Assembly (NCBI RefSeq): GCF_006345805.1
Contig: NW_021824406.1
Location: forward strand, 1 to 21,013
Direction of reading: 5' to 3'
Length of the DNA: 21,013 nt
Source of the DNA: Octopus sinensis
Lineage: Eukaryota
The stretch's first letter is position 1. The number at the start of each line of letters is the position of its first letter. Below the pieces are notes generated by a model, which saw only the letters and a list, made by a program, of their open reading frames with translations, did no database searches and was not told where the DNA came from. This document shows, piece after piece, positions 11,825-21,013 of the stretch. A program made the position numbers and the translations under genes.

Positions 11825-12361
11825 GTGTGTGTTTGTGTGTGGTCGTGTGTAATATCGGAGCACGACAAACAAGGCAAGACGACAAGAGGACAGCAAACAC
11901 AAAAGCCTTCTCTTTGTCATTAGATTTTGATGTGATAAACGAAGGGCGGAGTTAGCAGGGTGGTTCGGGCCGTTGCTGCGTTACGCTCTGCCCTCCTGCG
12001 TGGATTTCTGAACTTGGTAAATGTCGAGGCTTAGGACCAGCTTTTCAGCAGACAATGGAGTAAATTCTTAACCGTTTAAGTAGGTTCTTTAACATTCAGA
12101 TTCGTTCTTGGGACAATGAGAAGGACAGGAGTCGAAGGCCGTTTTTTATAAATCGCTAGGGGGTGCCAGAGTTATCAGCAGTTGTATATACATATAAATG
12201 GTCCCGAAACCCCAATAAAATAGAGTAGGAAAGGGTTTTTCTGGATGGCGTCTTGTTGCCATTATTGTTATAACTTTTGACGTTGTTGCTGTTTGTTTGT
12301 TTGTTTTTACTCGTGTTTTTACGGCGTGAATCAGATGGAATGGAAACCAATTTTCCAAGAC

Positions 12362-12513
12362 ATAGGTGTGTGGTGAAGAAACACGTTTAGCAACAACGCA
12401 GTTTCAGGTTCAAACACACGGCGCGTCACCTTGGGAAAGTGTCTCCTACTATGGTCCCGGGACAACCAATGCCTTGTGAGTGAATTTGATAGACGGAAAC
12501 GTGTTGAAGCTCG
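12362..12513 (+). mobile_element. Older 5' half of SINE family A
   Basis: gtgtgtggtgaag..ggttcaaac..caccttgggaaagtgtctcctactat..ccaatgccttgtgagtgaatttgatagacggaaac aligns with 12745-12880. Confidence 0.85.
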
Positions 12514-12654
12514 CGTATATATATATATATATATATAATATATATGTATGTATGTATGTATATATATATATATATATAATATTATATATAATATTTATAT
12601 ATATATATATACATCATATATAGATATTATCTACATATAATAATATATATATAC

Positions 12655-12731
<77 letters not shown>

Positions 12732-12733
<2 letters not shown>

Positions 12734-13126
12734 CGCGGAGTGGCTGTGTGGTAAGTAGCTTGTTTACCAACCACATGGTTCCGGTCAGTCTCACTTCGTG
12801 GCACCTTGGGCAAGTGTCTTCTGCTATAGCCCCGGGCCGACCAATGCCTTGTGAGTGGATTTGGTAGACGGAAACTGAAAGAAGCCTTTCGTATATATGT
12901 ATATATATGTATGTGTGTGTGTGTTTGTCTCCCTAGCATTGCTTGACAACCGATGCTGGTGTGTTTACGTCCCCGTCACTTAGCGGTTCGGCAAAAGAGA
13001 CCGATAGAATAAGTACTGGGCTTACAAAGAATAAGTCCCGGGGTCGATTTCCTCGACTAAAGGCGGTGCTCCAGCATGGCCGCAGTCAAATGACTGAAGC
13101 AAGTAAAAGAGTAGAAGAGTAAAGAG
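12732..13126 (+). mobile_element. Near full-length tRNA-derived CORE-like SINE (family A)
   Basis: Pol III A-box TGGCTGTGTGG and a degenerate B-box. CORE-like GCACCTTGGGCAAGT resembles the MIR core GTGACCTTGGGCAAGT. Internal microsatellite and a (GAGTAAA)-type repeat tail. Confidence 0.93.
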
Positions 13127-13696
13127 ATATACTTCCCCTATTTTTCTTTCTCTCTCTCTCTCTCTCTCTCTTTCGTTGCTCACAAGTGACCATCGTCCAT
13201 CTTTCTTTTCCTCACGTGACCATCTTTCTCTTTATCTGCACGGACGCTTAAAAGAACGGATGTGTTTCTCTCTCTCTCTCTCTCTTTTATCTTTTCTTTT
13301 TTTCAAAAAATGTTTCTCCCAGCGTTCATTATTTTCCCCTCGTTCTGGTCTAACGACCTTCCATGTTTGTTTTCGTCCGGTTTCTTTGTATGTATCCACT
13401 GTCATGGTTTGTTCCCAACTTTGTTGCTCCCATAAATTCTAAAATAAAATTTAAGATTTATGGAGGGTCAGTCTTTGAAGACTCATATTGTCGTTGAATG
13501 CTCCAACTGAGGACTAGATAAACAGCCGACAACTGATGAAGGGTCCATTCTCTGTATTTACTTGTCCTGTTTTCCATTTTCTCGTTGTCTATGTATTTCA
13601 CTTGTTTTTACCTCATTTGTTTACGTATTACTCATATATGAATATATATATATGTGTGTGTGTATTATATTTATATATGCGTGCGCGTTTGCGTCT

Positions 13697-13900
13697 GTGT
13701 TTGTCCCCTCCCACTGATTAAGAACGGGTGTTGGTTTGTTTATAGTCCCTGTAACTTAGAGGTTCGGCAAGAGTCCGATATAATTAGTACCAAACTTGAA
13801 AATTAAGTACTCGGGTTAATCTGCTCGACTAAAACCCTTTAAGGTGGTGCCCCAGCATGGCCACAGTTGAATGACTGAAACAAAAGCAAAAGATAAAAAA
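13697..13900 (+). mobile_element. 3' half of SINE family A
   Basis: gtaacttagaggttcggcaagag..ggtggtgccccagcatggccacagttgaatgactgaaac aligns with 12975-13105. Confidence 0.88.
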
Positions 13901-14681
13901 TATACCAAGAGCAACAACAACAAGCAAGCAAAGACTGAGCAGAAAGATCTAAAGACACGCGCGCGCGCGTGTGTGTGTGTGTGTGTGTTTGCAAAATCGG
14001 TCAATTGTTCATAAGTTTGATAATAAGCGCACTCTAAAAAATTATCTTCAGAGGCAAAATTATATCTAGTCGTTCTGTTATGTTCGGTCAGAAAGTTGTC
14101 ATTTCCGCATATTTTTCTTGCTAGCAAGATTGAAGTATTTCATCCTGTATAGCTTAAACAGCATGATTAAATGGAAGCTCCTGGAACAGACTGGGTCATG
14201 CCTCAACGGAAACAGATGATGCAAACTATACTTGACCGAGAGGAACCTAGAACATTCGCTTGATCCGAAGCCCTTCTTAAATTCTAGAAGTCGATGCCTT
14301 TACGACAGAAAATTCGTGTTGAGACATGGGCTTCCTTGCTTGGTGAGTAACGAAAGGAAAACGTACATAAACTGCCCCTTCGAACACAACTGGAACCGTT
14401 AAAAGGAAGGTAACTCCGTCTGTTTCTGAAAGGGTTATCGCTTCGAAGAATTTCGCTTCAGGTTTTGTTTTATTTTCACCACCATTCCTCCATTAGTAAA
14501 GAGGTTGTGTGGCTCCGGCCAGAGGCCCTAATGCGTCATCTATATTGGTAAGAGCAGTAATAAACGTGAAATCAATGGTAATTTACTGATCAGCCATAAC
14601 TAAGGGTTGCATACAAGAATATTCATATACCATACATATATATATATATTAATATATATATATATATACATACATATATAT

Positions 14682-14713
<32 letters not shown>

Positions 14714-14737
14714 ATATATATAATATATACATACATA

Positions 14738-14795
<58 letters not shown>

Positions 14796-14797
<2 letters not shown>

Positions 14798-15393
14798 GAG
14801 TAATGTAAAAACATTACAAAGGATATATTATAAATATTAAGATTATTTATGAATATATCAATGGCCAAATATGTTATAAAATATAAAGAAGTCACAATTA
14901 TAACTAAGAGCGTTTAAAAAAAACCCTTACATGTTAAAAATAGCAGCCAAAACCGCTATTAAGCCATTGTATCATTCATATTATTTCTCCTCACGATAAA
15001 AACTGCCGTCGAGTGACATGGCAAATAGAATGCACAACTTGAAAATAGTTGGTTAATTCCCTATTGCAATTTCGGCGTTAGAGACCACTTAAGGGACCCA
15101 TTCGCCTCGTCAGGGGAAATATTCCTATAGATAGAAATCAAAACAAGACTTTACCTTGGGGCTAGCGTGAATCCCGACCGGCAAGAGAAACATTTCAACC
15201 TTTGTCTATACAATCAAGTTTTAAATTCAAATGCCATGCACAGCGTTCATGTGAAAAGACGGGTACTGTCGAGCCACGCCAAAAACACCAGATATGAGTT
15301 AGGAAAATTTAAGTAAGTGGAGAGTAATGTAAAAACATTACGAAGAATATGTTATAAATAATTAAGATTATTTATGGATATATCAATGGCCAA
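14796..15393 (-). mobile_element. Penelope-like/retrozyme-like unit (~525 bp plus ~74-bp terminal direct repeat) carrying a hammerhead ribozyme
   Basis: Direct repeats at 14796-14868 and 15320-15393 (period 524-525 bp), an internal hammerhead fold, and flanking (TA)n and (CATA)n microsatellites. Confidence 0.7.
15057..15118 (-). ncRNA. Minimal type I hammerhead ribozyme (canonical core, palindromic stem III)
   Basis: UUCCC-CUGACGA-GGCG(25 nt)CGCC-GAAA-UUGCAA-UA-GGGAA. All core nucleotides are present, stem I is 5 bp, stem II is 4 bp, the stem III palindrome is AUUGCAAU, and the predicted AUA cleavage lies between 15062 and 15061. Confidence 0.85.
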
Positions 15394-15486
15394 GTATGTA
15401 TGTATATATATATGTGTGTGTATTCATATATATATATATATATATATACATACATACATACATACATACATACATACATACATACA

Positions 15487-15522
<36 letters not shown>

Positions 15523-15534
15523 GAGAGTTGAAAT

Positions 15535-15660
15535 TTATAGAAAAACAAAAGATGAAGACAGGTGTATGAACAACAAGCAAGTGTATTAGTTTGACATTCG
15601 GGAAAAGGAAAAAGTGTTTTACGTTTCAAGCCTACGCTCTTCAACAGAAAGGAACATGAG
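15535..15660 (-). mobile_element. Penelope-like terminal fragment with a degenerate hammerhead-like motif (15620-15647)
   Basis: The minus strand reads CUGUUGA-AGAGC-GUAG-GCUU-GAAA-CG-UA, resembling the CTGANGA..CGAAACGT signature of PLE repeats but with A6 changed to U. Confidence 0.5.
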
Positions 15661-15834
15661 AAAATAAAGAGAGAGAGAATGGAAAAAAATTGTAGATTTC
15701 AGCGGTCCAGCATGGCGAATAGAGTATATGTTAAAGAAGAAAATGGTGAGTTTTGACAGATAACATCAATTTATTAACATATTGTCAATTTATATATGCG
15801 TGTGTGTGTGCGTGCGTGTATATATATATATATA

Positions 15835-16232
15835 TCTTTATATATAAAAGTCAAGTTGTGTGTCTGTCTCCTACGATTTAGATTCCTAACTACTCCCACA
15901 TTTTGCGGTGCAGTTTAACCAAAACCGGGTATCTTATAGTCGTGATTCATATCGAGCCCTTCTGGGTATTAGCGCGCGTCTACGATGAGTCTACGATTTA
16001 AAAAAAAATTTACCATCATTTGTTTTCCATTTTAATGCATTTTTTCGCTATTATATAAGGGAAGTAACTCTCTAAAAATGTCTACGATGAGTCAACGATT
16101 TTTAAAAATATTACCATCATTTTTTTTCCATTTTTAATGCATTTTTTTGCTATTTTCTGGCTATAACTCTCTAAAAATGCTTATATAGTTATTTCCCTTA
16201 CAAACCCGAGCAACGCCGGGCGATACTGCTAG
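15835..16232 (+). mobile_element. Complete non-autonomous Helitron (398 bp)
   Basis: 5' TC at 15835, subterminal hairpin CCCG-agcaacgc-CGGG (16205-16220), 3' CTAG (16229-16232), inserted between A and T with no TSD. Internal ~100-bp tandem duplication. Confidence 0.92.
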
Positions 16233-16749
16233 TATATATATAAAGTATGGGTTTAGTTAACAGGTGATCTAAACGATTAGGTACGCTAGGTAAGTGCTGT
16301 AATGGATTACTAGGGCTCCAAGGTTATAGCCGAGGCAGTAGTTGTGGAAGCATTGCAGATTTCCGATGCAGCGGATATATAATTGTTAAAGAGAACAACA
16401 AATGTTAAGGCAAGGCAAACCTCTCAAATCATACGCATTATTATTACTGGAAAAAATTTAAAGTCTTACAGCTGTTTCTGGAATATCCCAGGTTATGGGA
16501 TATTCCATCATCAGAGACATATAGGGGAAAATGGGGAAATAAGAATGGTATATATTGATAAAATGACTATATAGAGGAAGGGAGGAAATGAATAAGGACA
16601 TGGAGAGAGAAAAGAAAAAAGAAGCATAAAATTTCATAGTTGAACTTTCTGATGTTGTGGAAACAAGTGCCTAAGTCCTTGGGTGGAGTCTTGCGTAGAT
16701 CCATGTGGGTTAAAATCCTGATATTGTAAACATCCAGAGAAAAAAGACG

Positions 16750-16997
16750 CGAACATATCAACGTTATTGAAATCTGCATAAGGGGGAAGTAGATGTCTTC
16801 AGAAAGGAACTAGACATTCTCCTCTCCATGAGGTACAGTCCAGAGCAGTGGAATCAAACTCCCTTCCACACCAAATGGGACAACGGCACATACAGGTGTG
16901 GTGATGTAAAACACCCCAGACTGAGAAAATCAGCAAGACTACGGTGGTGCTCCAGCATGACCGCAGCCACATGGCTCCGAAACGAGTAAAAGAGTAA
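16750..16997 (+). mobile_element. 3' end of a CR1/L2-like LINE (decayed ORF2 C-terminus and tail)
   Basis: NLHKGEVDVFRKELDILLSM from 16771 resembles the C-terminal 'VDVFKxxLDxFLS' motif of CR1/L2-type ORF2. It is followed by the tail ggtggtgctccagcatgaccgcag..gagtaaaagagta. Confidence 0.6.
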
Positions 16998-17008
16998 TAT
17001 ATATATAT

Positions 17009-17111
<103 letters not shown>

Positions 17112-17321
17112 GTTATGTATAGTAATATGTATTATTAATATATATAACATAAGAGGGATCAGCCATCGGAATGTGGCTAGGGTCAGGGCGGGGTGGTGGG
17201 GGTGTTACTGATGCATTTAGCCCCAGGCGAACATCGACGTCACCAGAAGAGCTGACACCATCTCGGTGTCCTTGCCAGACAGCAAAGGGAGGTCAGCCTC
17301 CCCGAAGATACGGAGATACTA

Positions 17322-17364
17322 CACACGGACCGGTTTCGAGGTTATTGCCTCTTGTCAACGTATG
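17322..17364 (-). ncRNA. Minimal type I hammerhead ribozyme, U3-A8 variant (antisense copy)
   Basis: Reverse complement of 17569-17611 with the same core and stems. Confidence 0.75.
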
Positions 17365-17568
17365 GTAAGCACCGCTCTTCGTTGAGGGACTTCCTCTACC
17401 GGCTGGATTGATCCCTCTTATGTTATAGAGCAGTTACTGTTTATATCTCGCCCAGAGATTTATTATTGTTTTCGAACAGATTTTCCTACGCCATTGACTG
17501 TGGTTACTGTGAAAATCTATATATATCCAGCCGGTAGAGGAAGTCCCTCAACGAAGAGCGGTGCTTAC

Positions 17569-17611
17569 CATACGTTGACAAGAGGCAATAACCTCGAAAC
17601 CGGTCCGTGTG
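17569..17611 (+). ncRNA. Minimal type I hammerhead ribozyme, U3-A8 variant
   Basis: CAUACG-UUGACAA-GAGG(caauaa)CCUC-GAAA-CCGG-UC-CGUGUG. Stem I is 6 bp including one U-G pair, stem II is 4 bp with G10.1-C11.1, the stem III palindrome is ACCGGU, and the GUC cleavage site lies after 17605. Confidence 0.78.
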
Positions 17612-17823
17612 TAGTATCCGTATCTTCGGGAGGCTGACCTCCCTTTGCTGGCTGGCAGGACACCGAGATGGTGTCAGCTCTTCTGGTGACGTCGATGTTC
17701 GCCTGGGGCTAAATGCATCAGTAACACCCCCACCAACCCGCCCTGACCCTAGCCACATTCAGATGGCTGATCCTCTTATGTTATAGAGCATTACTTTTAT
17801 ATCTCGCCCAGAGATTTATTATT

Positions 17824-17927
<104 letters not shown>

Positions 17928-18630
17928 TACGTATGCGTATCAATACATGATTATATATGATCGCCCATTCTCTCTTCTCGGCGTTTTAAACGACAAAAAA
18001 CAACAACAATTTAAAAAGTTTTGGCCTTGAGCCTAAGTAGGAAATCAATAGAAATTAGAAATTGGCGAGGAAGGTCAGCTGTTTCTGCTAATTCTGGCAT
18101 CGGTGTTTACCATTTTATAGTGCTGAGGCGATCGATTGCCTGAGGTGGAGGGGTGGAGAGAAGGTAACTGTAGGAGAAAATAGGGAGCTCGGGAAAGAGG
18201 TGGAGGAGAGAGAAACAGGTAGCGAGATCATAGAGACATATAGGGGAGAGAGAGAGAGAGAGAAGAGGGCAAAATAAGCATAATCAGTGAATGATATATT
18301 GTGTGTGTTTGTATGTATGTATGCATATATATATATAATTATATATTATATATATATATAATATATACATATATATATATATATATATATGTGTGTGTAT
18401 ATATGTATATATATATATATACATACATGTATTGAGTGTGTATATGTATGCATTATATATATAAGTGTGTGTGAATGGCGAGAGAAAATTGGGAGAGTGA
18501 CAGTGGAGGAAAGTATAAGGAGATAATGTGAAGAATATATACATATACACACACGCATATATATATATATATTATATATATATATATATATATAACAAAT
18601 ATTATATAATATATATATATATATTATATT

Positions 18631-18711
<81 letters not shown>

Positions 18712-19644
18712 AAGATAGAGAGAAAGTACTGGTGGAGAGGGAGGGAGAGGGAGTCACTGGGGTGATGAATGAAGTGGATAAGATTTTAACAAGTATTCGG
18801 AGCCATTAAGTTAATTTTGTCAGACGTGTCACTCATTAACAAAGATTTCTTCCCGCTGTCCCTCTCTCCCCTACTCTCTCTCTCCTCCATTTCCAATCGT
18901 TTCACACAACAACAACACCAATCTACATCTCGATGGATCAGCCATTACCAAGGACTTCAATGTTTATCAAATCCTGTTTACTGGTTTCTCCTCCAGCTCT
19001 GACTGTTGTTGCAGCGCAAACCTGAGATGAATGAATTTGTAGCCTGTGAGGGTAAGAACTTGCCAATATGAAGGAATTTTGAGAGAATTTCCTTTTGGGT
19101 AAACTCCAAGTCTTTCGATTTTCAAATACTCTTCAGGTGTCAACATTTACCTCTGTGCTGCAATCGACTGATGAACTATGCCTCTCTTAACTAGAATCAC
19201 TTGTTTTGTATGTGGACAAAGTAAGATTTGAACGTGAACCTCGATGCACTGAACCCCGATGGACTCGATGCACTTATTGATTATTCGGTATCTCACCGCC
19301 TTCTGCAGACAGCCGGCTATGAATTAGTTGTGAAACTACCTGCTGTTGTCTTCTTCTTCTTCTTCCAATCAGGACTCGCGCCATTAGCCAAAAAGAATAA
19401 TCTCTAATTCGAGCCTACTCTAAGCTACTAAGAATGCGTGTGGCAACTTGAAAATCCACTCACCACACGCGATAGACTGGCAGTTACACGAGCACGAAAG
19501 CTACGTTATTATCCTCATTCCGTAAACGGTGGCTTTTAACGGGTAGAGAGCTGAAACATCCTAGGGTACAGAGGATTCGAAATCTAGACTAGGGTCTGAA
19601 AGTTTACTACACCATAGTGGATTACACCATGGTTCCTCTGCTCT

Positions 19645-19803
19645 ATGGCAGAAGTAAGAAGAAAGAGTGAGAGAAAATTGTGGAGCCTCGTGGAACTTAG
19701 ATGTTTTTGCTCAATAAACACTCACAATGACCGATCTGGGAATCGAAAGCGCGTTCTTACGACCGCGAGTCCGCTACCCTAACCACTGGGCCATTGCGCC
19801 TCC
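19645..19803 (-). mobile_element. tRNA-derived SINE (family C), 5' part
   Basis: The minus-strand head ggaggcgcaaTGGCCCAGTGGttaggg..ctttcgattcc has pol III A and B boxes, followed by non-tRNA body sequence. Confidence 0.85.
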
Positions 19804-19941
19804 ACACCTGCTGTGTTGTTGTTTTGTTGTTGTTGTTGTTGTTATCGTCATCGCCGTTGTCGTTGTCGTCGTTGTAGTTGCTGTTGTTAATATTGCTGTT
19901 GTGCTTGTTAGTGTTGTTGTTAATATTGTTGATATCAAGAC

Positions 19942-20531
19942 AGCGAGTGGGCAGAAACGTTAGCAAGCCGGGCGAAATGCTAAACGGCATTTCGTCTGCC
20001 GCTATGTTATGAGTTCTAATTCCGCCGAGGTCAAATTTGCCTTTCATCCTTTCAGGGTCGATAAATTAAGTACCAGTTACGACTGGGGTTGATCTAATCG
20101 ACTTAATCTCTTTGTCTGTCCTTGTTTGTCCCCTCTATGTTTAGCCCCTTGTGGGCAATAAAGAAATAAGAAACGTTAGCACGCCGTACGAAATGCTTAG
20201 CGGTATTTCGTCTGCCGCTACGTTCTGAGTTCAAATTCCGCCGAGGTCGACTTTACCTTTCATCCTTTCGGGGTCGATTAAATAAGTACCAGTTACGCAC
20301 TGGGGTCGGTGTAATCGACTTAATCCGTTTGTCTGTCCTTGTTTCTCTCCTCTGCGTTTAGCCTCTTGTGGGTAGTAAAGAAATAGGTATTTCGTCTGCC
20401 GCTACGTTCTGAGTTCAAATTCCCCCGAGGTCGACTTTGCCTTTCATCTTTTCGGATGTAACCGACTTAATCCCTTTGTCTGTCCTTGTTTGTCCCCTCT
20501 ATGTTTAGACCTTGTGGGCAATAAATAAATA
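19942..20531 (+). mobile_element. Head-to-tail array of three tRNA-derived SINEs (family B): ~19942-20172, ~20172-20385, 20386-20531
   Basis: Repeated blocks atttcgtctgccgctacgttctgagttcaaattccgccgaggtcgac and cttgtgggcaataaa. Each unit has its own A-rich tail. Confidence 0.93.
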
Positions 20532-20551
20532 AATATTGTTGATATCAAGAC

Positions 20552-20718
20552 GGCGATTTGGCAGAACCGTTACCGCGCCAGGCAAAATGCTTGGCGGCAT
20601 TCCGTCTGCATTTAGGTTTCACCGAAGTTGACTTTTCATTTCGATAAAATAAATACAAGTTGAACACTAAGGTCGATGCAATCGATTTACCACCGAAATT
20701 GCTAGCCTTGTACCAAAC
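20552..20718 (+). mobile_element. Older, diverged SINE of family B type
   Basis: ggcgatttggcagaaccgttaccgcgccaggcaaaatgcttggcggcatt..ggtcgatgcaatcgat aligns with the array units but has a different tail. Confidence 0.8.
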
Positions 20719-21013
20719 TTTGAAATCAATGTTGTTGCTTTTATTGTTGTTGTTGCTGTTGTTTATGTTGTTCATTCCCAGTCCTTTCTGCTCGAACAGA
20801 TCCATGGCGAAAGGCATTCCAGGTTTCTCCTTATCCTTTTCTGCATATCAAAAACTATGTCGACCAGTACAATTTTCATTAGAACTGGTAAGCTGTGATT
20901 TGTAATATGGGACTGAACAGGATTATGATGGTTTTTGACAAACCCATAGCATGTGTAGAAGGAATTTTCCCCCATGGAAGCAAACCTTGGACTATAAAAA
21001 GAAGTAACTTCAA

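Noticed and set aside
13440-13560. CTGATGAAGGG (13533) and TTGAAGA..GTTGAA motifs as possible hammerheads
   Set aside because: No correctly placed GAAA with paired stems II/III/I. At most a highly decayed PLE-like remnant.
18880-19030. Possible LINE RT remnant (NLHLDGSAITKDFNVYQILFTGFSS)
   Set aside because: The resemblance is too weak to call without a profile search.
19167-19200. CTGATGA motif as a possible hammerhead
   Set aside because: It lacks GAAA and a stem I partner.
19745-19803. tRNA gene
   Set aside because: It has A/B boxes but no complete cloverleaf and continues into a SINE body, so it is a SINE head.
20881-20887. 5-nt microexon (ttttcattag|aactg|gtaagc)
   Set aside because: It is not frame-preserving and is expected by chance; there is no supporting gene context.

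Overview
Non-coding, repeat-saturated eukaryotic DNA. The SINE families and the extreme density of (TA)n/(CA)n/(AAT)n/(GATA)n microsatellites look like an octopus (coleoid cephalopod) genome; this assignment is from recall, not a database search. No intact host gene can be supported, and nearly all listed ORFs are microsatellite translations. The window holds a decayed mariner transposase split by a ~250-bp insert, two non-autonomous Helitrons (one complete), three tRNA-derived SINE families (one as a head-to-tail array), RTE-like and CR1/L2-like LINE remnants, and a ~1.1-kb tandem duplication. The main result is two unrelated short elements that each carry a complete minimal type I hammerhead ribozyme fold with a palindromic stem III, the dimer-type architecture known from Penelope-like elements and retrozymes. 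One (15057-15118, minus) has a canonical core and lies in a ~525-bp terminally redundant unit. The other has a compensated U3-A8 core and occurs twice in opposite orientations (17322-17364 minus, 17569-17611 plus) within a ~265-bp inverted repeat. A third, degenerate motif lies between them.
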